From: Candidatus Latescibacterota bacterium
Lineage (GTDB): Bacteria; Latescibacterota; UBA2968; UBA8231
Direction of reading: 5' to 3'
Assembly: GCA_965197905.1 (NCBI GenBank)
Contig: CBDAOB010000001.1
Coordinates: 1 to 64,000, forward strand
DNA: 64,000 bases
Shown here: positions 22,375-32,916 of the stretch, one piece after another
How the letters are laid out: each line of letters starts with the position of its first letter
How positions within the stretch are numbered: the first letter of the stretch is position 1
The notes under the pieces: generated by a model
Told to the model about the DNA's origin: nothing
Databases searched by the model: none
What the model saw: only the letters and a program-made list of their open reading frames with translations
Translations under genes and position numbers: made by a program

Positions 22375-22602
22375 GAACATCGAACCCAGAAATTATTTCC
22401 GCTCGGCAGAGAAATAATTTCCACTGGAAGCTGACCTCCGCAACCAGCTTCGTACCGATTTCTATGCGGAATTGGTAGCCAAGACAGTCTTTTTCCCCCA
22501 GTACCCTCTTGAACAGGTGCATTATTTCCGCTTCCGACCCGCTTGGGGCACTCAATTTGCTAAACTGGCCTCGATACTATTTCAACGACCAGGAGGGTCG
22601 AC

Positions 22603-22929
22603 TTGGGCAAGCAGGAGTTGGAGCGAGCGGACTGGCAGCAGGCAGAAGAAACCTGCCAGACGGCTATCGAACTGGCGCGATCCGTCGGTTACAGGCTGGG
22701 CAAGGGCGCCGCAGCCCATACGTTGCTGGCTCTCCTGCGACAGGAGCTGCAGCTGGCATCTCGGCTGCGCGCGGAGATCAACAAGATCGACCCATCGCAA
22801 ATCGGGTTTGTCGCCCGTCGCGATCGGCTGGCCCAGAAGCTCCGCGAACTCGCCGGCCTCGAAGATCGCAACCGCAAGCTGTTGAGCCGCCGCGGCGTTT
22901 TGCTCAATGGCCCTGGCATGTATCGCTGA
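22603..22929 (+). CDS. Small helical hypothetical protein (5' end uncertain)
   Basis: Helical/coiled-coil composition; ends 22 nt before the kinase start. Confidence 0.5.
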   Translation: MGKQELERADWQQAEETCQTAIELARSVGYRLGKGAAAHTLLALLRQELQLASRLRAEINKIDPSQIGFVARRDRLAQKLRELAGLEDRNRKLLSRRGVLLNGPGMYR

Positions 22930-22951
22930 AACGCAGGGATAGCGCTCCGAA

Positions 22952-24213
22952 ATGACCAGTGCACCTGATCCGATTCCCGAAAATACGCTGAAGCTGGGAC
23001 AGACCAGCGCCCAGCTGGAAGAGGTGTTCGCCGATTCCTACATCCTCTTCAACGAAACCACGCGCCGTTACATGGAGGCGTACAAACAACTCGAGGAGCA
23101 GTTTGAATTCCTCAATGTCAAGCTCGAAGAAACAAACCTGGAGCTGCGCAAGAGCCTCGAAGAGAAAGACCGGGTCAGCAATTATCTCAACAACATTCTC
23201 GAAAGTTTGAGCGGCGGTGTGCTCGTGGTCGACCTTGATGGAAAGATCACCCTCTTCAACGAAGCCGCCGAGACCATTAGCGGCTGTTCCCAGGCGGCAA
23301 ACCGTACGCCGAAGTGATCGGCGTCGACGCCGGCCGCGAACGCACGGTACTGCACACCCTGGACTGCGGCAGCGCGCTCATCAACCAGGAGAAAACCTTA
23401 AAACGACCGGACGGACGGCAGATTCCTCTCGGTTTCAGCACCTCGGTGGTACGCGAGAACGACGGCAGGATGTTGGGGGCTGTTGAGGTGTTCAACGATC
23501 TCACCGAGGTCAAACGGCTCGAGGCCGAGCTACAACGAGTCCACGTACTGGCCGCCCTCGGTGAAATGGCAGCCACGGTGGCACACGAGATTCGCAATCC
23601 GCTGGGCGGCATCGCCGGCTTCGCGGCCATGCTGCAACGCGACCTGGAAGCCGCCGACCCGCGCTATCGCCTGGTGCAGAAGATCACCGAGGGCGTCGCC
23701 CGGCTCAATCGCATCGTTTCCAGCCTGCTCACCTACACTCGACCGCTGCAGTTGAATTCGCACCCGGTCCGCCTTGCGGAACTGGTCGAGGAGACCATCG
23801 CTTTTTTCGAGATCGACCTGGAGCGGGCGCACAAGAACATAAAGGTCGAGCGCCACTTCCCCGAGGCGGAGCAGGTCTGCAATATGGACCCGGAACAGTT
23901 TCAGCAGGTCATACTGAATCTGCTGCAGAACGCAACACAGGCGATGCCGGAGGGCGGCACCATCGACGCCACGGTAGATACCGCAAATACTCCTTCGGGA
24001 CCCACCGCCAAGTTGTGCATCAGCGACACCGGCGTGGGCATGAGCTCGGAGGTCCGGGAGCGATTGTTCACCCCCTTTTTCACCACCAAGGAAGACGGCA
24101 CCGGATTGGGTCTCGTGACTTCCAAGAAAATCGTCGAGGCTCACGGTGGTTTCATCGCCGTCGAGAGCCAACCAGATCAAGGCACTTCTTTCACCATTTC
24201 TCTACCCCAATAA
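22952..24213 (+). pseudogene. PAS sensor histidine kinase, FleS/FlrB-like; frameshift or small deletion at ~23294
   Basis: LFNE..Y.QLE..EKDR..L.NILESL.GGV.VVD PAS start, LGEMAATVAHEIRNPL H-box, NLLQNA, DTGVG and FFTTK..GTGLGL. Frame break at CSQ|GKPYAEV. Confidence 0.85.
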
Positions 24214-24234
24214 TCCAGCGAGGCAGAAACCACC

Positions 24235-25287
24235 ATGGCTAACAAGCGCATTCTCGTAGTAGACGACGATTCTTACGTCCGCGAGGCGACCGAAGAGATC
24301 CTCACCCGCCGTGGCGTACGATGTGGATACGGCTCCCGAAGCGGCCACCGCCCTGCGCAAGCTGGATGAGGGTGAATACGATCTGATTCTTTCAGATATC
24401 CGCATGCCTGGCATGAGCGGCCTGGAACTCTTGGAGGGTGCCCGGCTCAAGGCTCCGGATGTGCTGATCATCATGATGACGGCCTTCGGCACCATCGAGG
24501 ATGCGGTAGACGCCATGAAGAAAGGCGCTTTCGACTACATCCAGAAGGGATCCGATCCGGCAGAAGTGGAGATGGTGGTGGAACGCGCACTCAAGTTTCA
24601 GACCACGCAGCGGGAAAACCGTCAATTGCGCTCCGAGCTCAAGGAGCGCTACAGCTTCGGCAATATGATCGGCAAGGCGCACAATATGTAGAGCAGGTGT
24701 TCGATTTGATCGACACGGTGTCCGACAGCCGCGCCACGGTGCTGGTAACGGGCGAAAGCGGTACCGGCAAGGAGCTGGTAGCTCGAGCGTTGCATTACAA
24801 CAGTCCGCGAAGCGCTGCGCCCTTCATTCGACTCAACTGTGCGGCGCTGCCCAAGGAGCTTATGGAGAGCGAGCTCTTCGGCCATGAGAAAGGAGCTTTT
24901 ACCGGGGCCATCAAACAGACCCGGGGTCGCTTCGAGATGGCCGACGGCGGCACCCTGCTGCTGGACGAGATCAGCGAGATCGATCCCGCCCTGCAGGCCA
25001 AGCTCCTGCGTGTGCTGCAGGAACGCGAGTTCGAACGGGTCGGCAGCGCCCAGACCATAAAGGTGGACGTCCGCATCGTCGCCACCACCAACCGCGATCT
25101 CACCAGACAGATCGATGAAGGTCGCTTCCGCGAGGATCTCTACTACCGGCTGAACGTGATCGAGATCGCCTTGCCATCTCTGCGCGAGCGGCGGGACGAC
25201 GTGCCCGCGCTGGTGCGCTCGTTCATCGAGCGCTACAACAGCGAAAACAACAAGAACATCGAAAGCATCTCCGACGAGGCCATGTGA
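24235..25287 (+). pseudogene. Sigma54-dependent response regulator (NtrC/FleR family); two frameshifts and missing C-terminus
   Basis: REC domain (ILVVDDD, DIRMP), [14 protein letters not shown] and LLLDEI. Frameshifts at ~24316 and ~24689. Ends at ISDEAM without WPGNVREL or the HTH. Confidence 0.88.
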
Positions 25288-26533
25288 TCGGACATACCAG
25301 GGTAGCTCTGGGTGGCCTGGTCCGTGAGATCTTCGGTCCAACCGACGGCGACGACCTGAAACTCCTGGACCGCATACTCGACCGTGTGGCCGCCATCTAC
25401 GCGGGACGCGAGATCGTGCTGGAAGATTGGAAGCTGCTCGCCGGCGGCTACGAGGATATGGGCGATCTGGTGCGACTGGCCGAGCGCGCCGCCGACTCCG
25501 ATCCGGCGTTAGAGGATGTCACCGCCGCGATGGAGCTCTTCTATGTCACCTTTGCGTTGGCGCAGACCCTACAGTTCGCGCTTGACGACCCCAACGAAAT
25601 CGACGCCCGCGTGCTCTACAAGAACCTCGCCGACTTCTTCGCCGAAACCATCGATGACCACTGGCATGCCTATTTGCCCTGGGTCTACAGCAGGTGCCCC
25701 TCCATGCGAGGGAAGGACGCCGACGAGCTTTATGGTCTGGCCGTCCGCCGCCATTCCTGGCTATACCGCTACCTGCGAATGGTCTTGACCCGATGCACCG
25801 ACCTCCGATTTCGCAGCGCTGTCGAAATGGACGCGCTGCTGGGTTCGATGGACGACGAACAGCTGCTAGCCGGCATCGGAGCCGGAGGCTCCACCGACAA
25901 CGAGCGGCGCTGGCGCGCCTACAATCAGCTGCGCGAGATCGCGTTCGTCCTCGGAGATGGTTTTCCGACGCCGATGGTTTTCGAGGAATTCGACCCCGAT
26001 CTGATCGACGCCGACCGCCGCGCCAATCTGGCGTTTCTCTACCCTGTCGGGCGGACCCATGTCTCCCGCGCGCTGCGCGAAGGACCCACACTCAACTCGC
26101 ATCTCGAAGCAGACGGCCACGTTTCGCGCGGTGCGAACCTGTTGATTTCGCGTCAACGCCGCAGGTGCATCGAATCTCCCCGAATTCACCCGTGAGATGT
26201 GGACTTGCGATCCGGTGATGCCCCCATTTATACTGGTCGATCGAGCCACAGTACGATGCCGGCGGTCTACCGAGTGGTTCGGTGGCGATACTCGAGGATG
26301 AATCCGGCCGCTTCGAGGGGCAGATCGTGGACTGGCACTTCATCCATCTCGAGCCCAATGTGGGCATCGGTCTCTGGGACCGCTTCAATCTGCGAGAAGA
26401 GGTCCTCGAACGAGAAGCCAGCACCCGCGATCAACGTGCTTTCGACTGGTCGAACGTCGGCACCAGTGACCGGGTCGTCCTCAGAAACCTGGTGATCTCA
26501 GGGGCGCAGTATCTGGACGCCATCCGGAGCTGA
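25284..26533 (+). pseudogene. Fragmented C-terminal part of an unknown protein
   Basis: Protein-like 290-aa ORF with no real start; continues through frame changes at ~26155 and ~26222 to ..YLDAIRS*. Confidence 0.5.
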
Positions 26534-28066
26534 GTGCCGATGCCGGGCTCGATCGCCTACCGGCTTGAGTCTCAGCAGAATCCCGTCTACCAACAGGCTC
26601 TGGCCGAACTGGGTCAGGCCGTTGATCTGCAGCTGGGTGCACTTGGCCACTGCGTCGCGCGGGCAGCCTCCTGCCGTTTGCGCGCCCACGCTGAACAATC
26701 GAAGCAACGCGATGGTCACCCGCGGACGGAGATCCTGGCTGCAATGCTGCCACAAGCCAGGTCTTGTTGCCTGGCCGAACTCCACGCCCTCTGCGATCGA
26801 GACACTCCGCAGATAAAGCCGCTGCTGACAAACGACCTCTACCTGGAGCGCCTGTCCCACCTGGCGCTTGAACATCTTCTGGTTCAGCGTGCCGCCCCCC
26901 CGCTGTTGCATTTCCCCCAACCCGACCCGGCGGCGGAGCGGACGGGTAGAGGCGGTACCTTGGTAGCTGTCCTCTTCGACTTTCCTCTGGCGTTTACCCA
27001 TGAGCTTTTCCCGCTGTGGACAGACGCCTTTGCGTTCGCACAGGAGACGGGAATCCCGGTCGAGGTTGTCGGAATCCACATCTCCTGGTTGAACGGAGAT
27101 CTGCGTGCCACGCGCTCGATTGCCTTCGATGCCCGTCTCGACGCGTTCCTAGAGGCCCCTACGGAAGACCCCCTCAACTTCCAGGGGGCGGTGCTTGTCA
27201 ACCAGTCTTCCGAGACCCACGCCGATCTGTCCCATCGTCTGCGGGACGCGGGCATCCCTCACGTGAACCCGAGCTCCTTGGCCGCGCTTGCCGATGACAA
27301 ATGGGCATGTTATCTGCGCTGGAAGGAAGCGCGCATCCCAACCCCCGAAACCGTTTTGTTGGCGGCCGACTGCCCGAGCGCCATCATGCAAAAAAAGGTG
27401 CTGAGGCTGGTCGCTTCGGATCCCGCGCAAGATTGTCAGCAGCATGAGTGGGTGGTGCAGCCGCGGCGAGGCACCGAGGGACGAGGTGTGTTTCTCATCC
27501 AAAACGGCGAGACCGCGCTCCCCCTGGTCCTGGAGGCCTGGCAGGAAATCGGGTCGTCCGACGACGCCATATTCCGCCCTCGGGTAGGCAACGTGGAATG
27601 GCGGAAAGATGCGTCGGAGGGCTGGCACCCATTGGAGTTGCGCCTTCACGTCACCTGGAATGGAGATACCTACGCCGCGGAAAGCGGGTACGTGGTCAGA
27701 TCCCGTTTCGACGAGACTCCGGGCAATGGGCCGTCTCCTCGTGTTTTCGACCTCGGCGAGCTCGAATTGACCAGCAACCGCGCCCCCCTCCGGCAGCACA
27801 TCCGCTTGGGGGAGCACGATCTCCGGCAGATCGGGCAGGTTGCAGTCGATGCGATCCACACACTGGGAAGAATGCCACTTGCCGGCGTGGACCTGGCATT
27901 GACCTGCGGCGCCGCTGGCATCCAGGCCGTTGTACTGGACGTCAACCCACGCCCAGCCGGCCTGATGCGCTCCGATCTGTTCGCAGATCCGACGGCAGCA
28001 GGGATCGGGCATGGACTCTGGAGGTTCCTTACGGCCAGCCGCGCCGACAACCCCGGCGCCAACTAG
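26534..28066 (+). CDS. ATP-grasp domain protein (RimK-like fold) with N-terminal extension
   Basis: VNP..LADDKW..IPTPET, VVQPRRGTEGRGV, ELRLHV, AGVDL and LDVNPRP. Confidence 0.75.
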   Translation: MPMPGSIAYRLESQQNPVYQQALAELGQAVDLQLGALGHCVARAASCRLRAHAEQSKQRDGHPRTEILAAMLPQARSCCLAELHALCDRDTPQIKPLLTNDLYLERLSHLALEHLLVQRAAPPLLHFPQPDPAAERTGRGGTLVAVLFDFPLAFTHELFPLWTDAFAFAQETGIPVEVVGIHISWLNGDLRATRSIAFDARLDAFLEAPTEDPLNFQGAVLVNQSSETHADLSHRLRDAGIPHVNPSSLAALADDKWACYLRWKEARIPTPETVLLAADCPSAIMQKKVLRLVASDPAQDCQQHEWVVQPRRGTEGRGVFLIQNGETALPLVLEAWQEIGSSDDAIFRPRVGNVEWRKDASEGWHPLELRLHVTWNGDTYAAESGYVVRSRFDETPGNGPSPRVFDLGELELTSNRAPLRQHIRLGEHDLRQIGQVAVDAIHTLGRMPLAGVDLALTCGAAGIQAVVLDVNPRPAGLMRSDLFADPTAAGIGHGLWRFLTASRADNPGAN

Positions 28067-28187
28067 CCCAAAACCTGGTTTGCAACCCCTTTTCGGCCCC
28101 GGCGGAGGCCGCTTTCGACCTTCTTGGCATACAGTCCCTTCTGGTCTATCTTCTTGCCCAGGCGGTTGATACGGTCACAAACTGACC

Positions 28188-30041
28188 ATGAAAGAGTTTC
28201 TCGAGAGCCTCCAAGAGGCGCCTAACCTCAAAGAGGTCCAGGGCTTGATCGATGGCGTGCTGCAATCGGCACGCTCCGGCAAATCCAAACCTGCGGACCG
28301 CCGGCAGTTCATTCGTCGTCTGCTGCTCAACAAACCTTTGAGGTGCAGCCTTACCACCCACAGCGCCGTCGATTACCTCCTCAAACAGGTGGACCGCGCC
28401 GAATGGACCGAGCGTTTCGGCTCCGCCGTGGAAACAGAAGCCCCACATGTGGTGGTGGAAATCGTGGGCGAACTGGCCGACGTCGATCACCGCGACCTGC
28501 TTCGCCTGCTGCCCATAAACCCCGCCAAGAGCCTTTTTGCCATCCTGCGCGAACTAAGTGACTTCCTGGAAAGCGTGGACGGCTCGGATCGCTACCTGCG
28601 CGGCATGCGAGCAACCCGTATTCTGGCCGATATCTACAGCCAACTCCACGAGAATCCAGCCTACTGGAAGCGTCGCTCCGCTCCCGCCTGCTGCATCGAC
28701 AGCAAGAAGATTGTGCAGCTCAAAGAGCAGAAAGACGGGGCGGCTCTTTCGGAAGCGTATCAGGCAAGAGCCAATCAATTGCAGCGCAAAGACTTGCGGG
28801 ACAGCCTGGCCGCCCTCGGACGGACTGAGGACGCCGCTCCTGTCATGGATGAACGGGACTTCGGACTGTCCCTGAAGGTGAGCGCTCCCCTGCGCATCGG
28901 CATCTCCAGCGCCAACGCCTCGGACAACCATTTGCGCAGCAAAGAACAGGGGGGCAAAACCCTGAACGCCAGTATCGATCTACAGCTGGAGGGTGAAGTG
29001 GAGCCCCGCCCCCCCATTCACGTGTCGGTCCGGCACATCGAGGATCCGCGGCTGATTCTGCGCTCCAACTCCATGGCTTTCAAGGCCGACTTCGAGGCCA
29101 GCACCCGTGGGGATGCCGCCACCCAGAGCAAGCTTTTCTTTGCTTATCGACGCGGTGGAGATGAGGCCCTGCGCCTGGTAAAGCAGGGGCTGGTACACAC
29201 CGGCATCGTGCGTCCCGACACCGACGACGTCATGAAGGACGTCTCGCGGTTTGCCGGCGGCGGAGGCCTCGAGATTGTCACGCAGAGCGAGTTGTTGCAG
29301 GGTTCCGGGTTGGGTACCAGCAGCATTCTGGCAGCGGCTATTCTGAAGGCGCTCTACCGCCTCTGCGGCAATCCGCTCGTCGACTCCGAGCGAGAGTATC
29401 CGGCGTTATATGACCAGAGCCTGTTGCTGGAGCAGAGCGTCGGTCTCAACAGCGGATGGCAGGATGCCCGTGGCGCCTGCGGCGGGCCGAGCGCGGTGAA
29501 GGACTTTCTCGCTGCCCCGACCCAAGGACTTCCAGCCCCGGAGATCCGCTATCTGGAAGGTGTCGACGAGGAGGAGTTCGAGCAGCGGATCGTACTCTTC
29601 GACACCGGTATAGCGCGGCCGGCCACACGGGGGCTCAATGTCGTGCTGGACGCCTACTTGACCAGGGACGCTGATCGTTATGCCGCCGTTCGCGAATCCC
29701 TCGACATCCACGACTCCATGGTGGAAGCTTTGAGCCGATGCGATTACAGCACCCTCGGAGCTCACGCCAACCGCTACTGGAGCTTACGTTGCATCCTCGA
29801 TCCGGATGCCACCAACGATGCGATCAAGTTTCTCTTCGAGTCACCCGCGCTCCGAGAGGTTACGGAGGGTGGCCTCCTCTCCGGCGCCGGAGGCGGCGGC
29901 TTCGCGCTTCTGGTCGCCGCGGAAGGCAGCTCGGAAGAGCTGAGAAAACGGCTGCGCAATCTGCGCCGGAAAAAGGCTTTCGCCGGCAGCCGCGTGGTTG
30001 GATACCGTCTCAACAAGACCGGAATCCGCTTATGTGAATGA
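28188..30041 (+). CDS. GHMP-family sugar kinase (fucokinase/HddA-like) with N-terminal extra domain
   Basis: SAPLRI, GG.TLNASIDL, GSGLGTSSILAAA, LEQ..G..SGWQD and SGAGGGGF. Confidence 0.85.
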   Translation: MKEFLESLQEAPNLKEVQGLIDGVLQSARSGKSKPADRRQFIRRLLLNKPLRCSLTTHSAVDYLLKQVDRAEWTERFGSAVETEAPHVVVEIVGELADVDHRDLLRLLPINPAKSLFAILRELSDFLESVDGSDRYLRGMRATRILADIYSQLHENPAYWKRRSAPACCIDSKKIVQLKEQKDGAALSEAYQARANQLQRKDLRDSLAALGRTEDAAPVMDERDFGLSLKVSAPLRIGISSANASDNHLRSKEQGGKTLNASIDLQLEGEVEPRPPIHVSVRHIEDPRLILRSNSMAFKADFEASTRGDAATQSKLFFAYRRGGDEALRLVKQGLVHTGIVRPDTDDVMKDVSRFAGGGGLEIVTQSELLQGSGLGTSSILAAAILKALYRLCGNPLVDSEREYPALYDQSLLLEQSVGLNSGWQDARGACGGPSAVKDFLAAPTQGLPAPEIRYLEGVDEEEFEQRIVLFDTGIARPATRGLNVVLDAYLTRDADRYAAVRESLDIHDSMVEALSRCDYSTLGAHANRYWSLRCILDPDATNDAIKFLFESPALREVTEGGLLSGAGGGGFALLVAAEGSSEELRKRLRNLRRKKAFAGSRVVGYRLNKTGIRLCE

Positions 30042-30100
30042 GAAGCGCTGGTCCGGTGTCCATTAGAGTACGGCGTCAATCGTTCCCTGGAGATCTATAG

Positions 30101-30868
30101 ATGATTATGAAGGACAAGGTGGGGCTTGTAACCGGCGTAGCCAATCACCGGAGCATCGCGTGGTCCATCGCCCGGTCCTTGGATCGCGAGGGCGCCCGGT
30201 TGGCGATCGCCTATCTGGGCGAAAGAGAGAAGCAGGGCATCGACAAGATCGTCGACCAGCTGAGTCAGCCTCCGTTTCTGGTCCCCTGCGACGTTTCGAA
30301 CGACGAGTCAGTCGACTCCGCCTTTGCAAGTATCAGCTCTGAATTCGGGCACCTCGACTGCCTGGTGCACGCCATCGCTTTCGCCAATCGCGAAGATCTG
30401 GACGGGCGCTACACCGATACGCCGCGCCAGGGTTATCACCTGGCTCTGGACATCAGCGCCTATTCCTTGAACTGCGTCACCCGTGGCGCCGAGCGCCTCA
30501 TGAAGGAGGGCGGCGGCATCGTCTCCATGACCTATCTGGGAAGTGAGCGAGCGGTTGCCAACTACAATGTGATGGGGGTCGCCAAAGCTGCCCTGGAATC
30601 GGGAATCCGCTACCTGGCGAGCGAACTGGGAGCCGCCGGAATCAGGGTCAACGGTCTTTCCGCAGGTCCGATAAAGACCCTCGCTGCTCGCGGGATCAAG
30701 GATTTCAACACCATGCACAAGCTGCATGCCGAGCGTTCGCCGCTACGCAGAAATACCACCGTCGAAGAGGTCGCCGACGCCGCTCTCTTCCTCTGCAGCC
30801 CGCTCAGCCGCGGCATCACGGGCGAGGTTATCTACGTGGACGGAGGTTACCGCACAGTTGGGATGTGA
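30101..30868 (+). CDS. fabI: Enoyl-ACP reductase
   Basis: GVANHRSIAW, YNVMGVAKAALE and SAGPIKTLAA. Confidence 0.95.
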   Translation: MIMKDKVGLVTGVANHRSIAWSIARSLDREGARLAIAYLGEREKQGIDKIVDQLSQPPFLVPCDVSNDESVDSAFASISSEFGHLDCLVHAIAFANREDLDGRYTDTPRQGYHLALDISAYSLNCVTRGAERLMKEGGGIVSMTYLGSERAVANYNVMGVAKAALESGIRYLASELGAAGIRVNGLSAGPIKTLAARGIKDFNTMHKLHAERSPLRRNTTVEEVADAALFLCSPLSRGITGEVIYVDGGYRTVGM

Positions 30869-30879
30869 AACTCTCCTTG

Positions 30880-31563
30880 TCAGGACGGAGGCGGCAGATT
30901 CAGTTCCTCGAGCACCGCACGTGTGCGAGGCGCCACCGGCGTGCCGGCGCGCTTGAGCGCGAAGAGGTGGATCTTTAGAAACGCCGCTTCTTCGGCGGTG
31001 TCAACATCGTACCAGGGATCGAGCAAAGAGAGTGAGCTGCTTCCCAACCCCTGAAGGCTCTGCTCTAGCACCCGACCGGTGCTCCACTGAATCCCGTCGA
31101 ACAGCTGCTCTTCGCCTGCCCGCTGCCCTAGCAAATAATACCCGCCGTCCGTGCTCGGTCCGATGACCACGTTGGTCTTCTTGAGAAGCTCCAATCCGTC
31201 GTCGATCAGGGAGCCCGGTAGCGAAGGACTGTCCGACCCGACGATCACCGCTCGGTCGCATCCCAGTTCAAAACTCCTCCGTAAGGCAGCGTTCATCCGT
31301 TCCCCAAGATCTCCTTCTTCCTGGGGCCAGAACTGAAAATCGTCTGGGTTCTCCACGAGCCCGGAAATCGAATCCCGTGCGGCATCCGGAGTGTAGGCAA
31401 CGACCTTGAGATCCGCCGCTGACTCGCCGACCGTGGCGGCGGTGTCGACGACAAAAGCTTTGTAGAGATTGGCCGCTTGCTGTGGAGTAAGCGGCGGTGT
31501 CAGGCGGGTTTTCACTGCGCCCGGACGAGGGTCCTTGACAAACAGTATGCAGCACGTCTCCAT
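30880..31563 (-). CDS. DUF2064/TIGR04282 family transferase
   Basis: FVKDPRPGAVKTRL, QEEGDLGERM, GSDSP, GPSTDGGYYL and WYDVDT. Confidence 0.88.
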   Translation of the reverse strand: METCCILFVKDPRPGAVKTRLTPPLTPQQAANLYKAFVVDTAATVGESAADLKVVAYTPDAARDSISGLVENPDDFQFWPQEEGDLGERMNAALRRSFELGCDRAVIVGSDSPSLPGSLIDDGLELLKKTNVVIGPSTDGGYYLLGQRAGEEQLFDGIQWSTGRVLEQSLQGLGSSSLSLLDPWYDVDTAEEAAFLKIHLFALKRAGTPVAPRTRAVLEELNLPPPS

Positions 31564-31719
31564 CGTTGTTCTACCAGCTTGCCAGGTGTCGGGGCGTCGT
31601 CAATCAGCCTAATCTAGGCTTCGGTGGCGCGGCAATCCAATACGGTTCGGTGCCTACGATCGCTTGACGCCTTTCGCCCGCCTGTTACCTTGAGTCCTCT
31701 TTCAAAAGAGGGAGTCGAT

Positions 31720-32211
31720 TTGATTCGCGCGGCAGGGATTCTGGAGCAGCTGAAAGACAACGACGTAACCCACGTGGTCGGCGTCCCAGACAACGGCTCC
31801 CGCGCCTTGTTCGAGCTCCTGTGGAGTGAACCGACCATACAGGTCGTCCCGGTGACCCGCGAAGGCGAAGCGTTTGCACTGGCCTCTGGGCTCTATCTGG
31901 GCGGGAAACAACCGATTGTGCTGATCCAGAACACCGGCTTCCTGGAAGCGGGTGACGCTTTGCGCGGTACAGCCCACAACATGGGGATTCCTCTGGTCAT
32001 GCTGGTGGGTTATCGCGGTTACACTTCGATGCAGTCGGGCAACCGCGTAGACTCAGCGGCCACTTTTTTCGAACCCACCTTGAATGCATGGCAGGTGCCG
32101 TATTCGTTGATGCACGACGATCGGCAGGTGGAGCTGATTTCCGAGGCGTTCCACCATGCGGCAGAGCGCTCGCTTCCCGCCGCCGTAATTCTCGTCGACG
32201 GTACCGAATAA
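31720..32211 (+). CDS. TPP-dependent decarboxylase alpha subunit (ComD / phosphonopyruvate decarboxylase-like)
   Basis: VVGVPD, VTREGEA..LASG..LGG.P..LIQNTG and YRG; TTG start after GAGGGAG. Confidence 0.8.
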   Translation: MIRAAGILEQLKDNDVTHVVGVPDNGSRALFELLWSEPTIQVVPVTREGEAFALASGLYLGGKQPIVLIQNTGFLEAGDALRGTAHNMGIPLVMLVGYRGYTSMQSGNRVDSAATFFEPTLNAWQVPYSLMHDDRQVELISEAFHHAAERSLPAAVILVDGTE

Positions 32212-32212
32212 G

Positions 32213-32782
32213 ATGCTGGACAAATACCGGTGCCTGGAGAAGCTGGCCGCACGGCGTGCCGACGAAATCGTCGTGAGCACCATGAGCGTGGCAGAGCCCT
32301 GGGCGCGATTGTCAGACGGGCCGTTGGACTTCGCCTCGGTGGAATCGGCTATGGGCCACGCCGCCGATTTCGCCTGCGGGCTGGCGATGGCGCAACCGTC
32401 GCGCCGGGTTATCGTGCTCAACGGCGACGGCAGCACGTTGATGTGCCTGGGAACGTTGGTTACGATCGCTCAGGTCGCACCCCCGAACCTCACCATCGTC
32501 ATCACCGAGAATGGCACCTACGAAGTCACCGGGAACCAGAGGGTGCCCGGGGCCGAACAGGTTGACTATGAACTGCTGTGCCGCGGCGCAGGTCTCGACC
32601 AGGTAGAGACTGTGACCGACGATTTGTCGTTCGACACCGCTCTGGAGGACCATTTCGTCGGCGCCGGTCCCCGGGTGTTCGTGTGGCGGATCGCCCCGTC
32701 CGACGAACCCGTACCTCTGCCTTCTCTCCCCATAGGGCAACGAGCCCAACGCCTGAGGCATGCCCTGTTGGGCACCCCCTGA
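32213..32782 (+). CDS. TPP-dependent decarboxylase beta subunit (ComE-like)
   Basis: SAMGHA and the GDGS..N..Y..TG.Q TPP-binding motif. Confidence 0.82.
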   Translation: MLDKYRCLEKLAARRADEIVVSTMSVAEPWARLSDGPLDFASVESAMGHAADFACGLAMAQPSRRVIVLNGDGSTLMCLGTLVTIAQVAPPNLTIVITENGTYEVTGNQRVPGAEQVDYELLCRGAGLDQVETVTDDLSFDTALEDHFVGAGPRVFVWRIAPSDEPVPLPSLPIGQRAQRLRHALLGTP

Positions 32783-32916
32783 AAAGCTTCCTCTCGCCTC
32801 ATTCACTCACAGAGCACAATACCATGTATTATTAAGTGCTAAAGAATAGTATGATTCTGCCGATCTAACGGATAGCGGGTTACGTGGGGCTTGTTCGCCA
32901 TTCGGGAGATTCGGCT

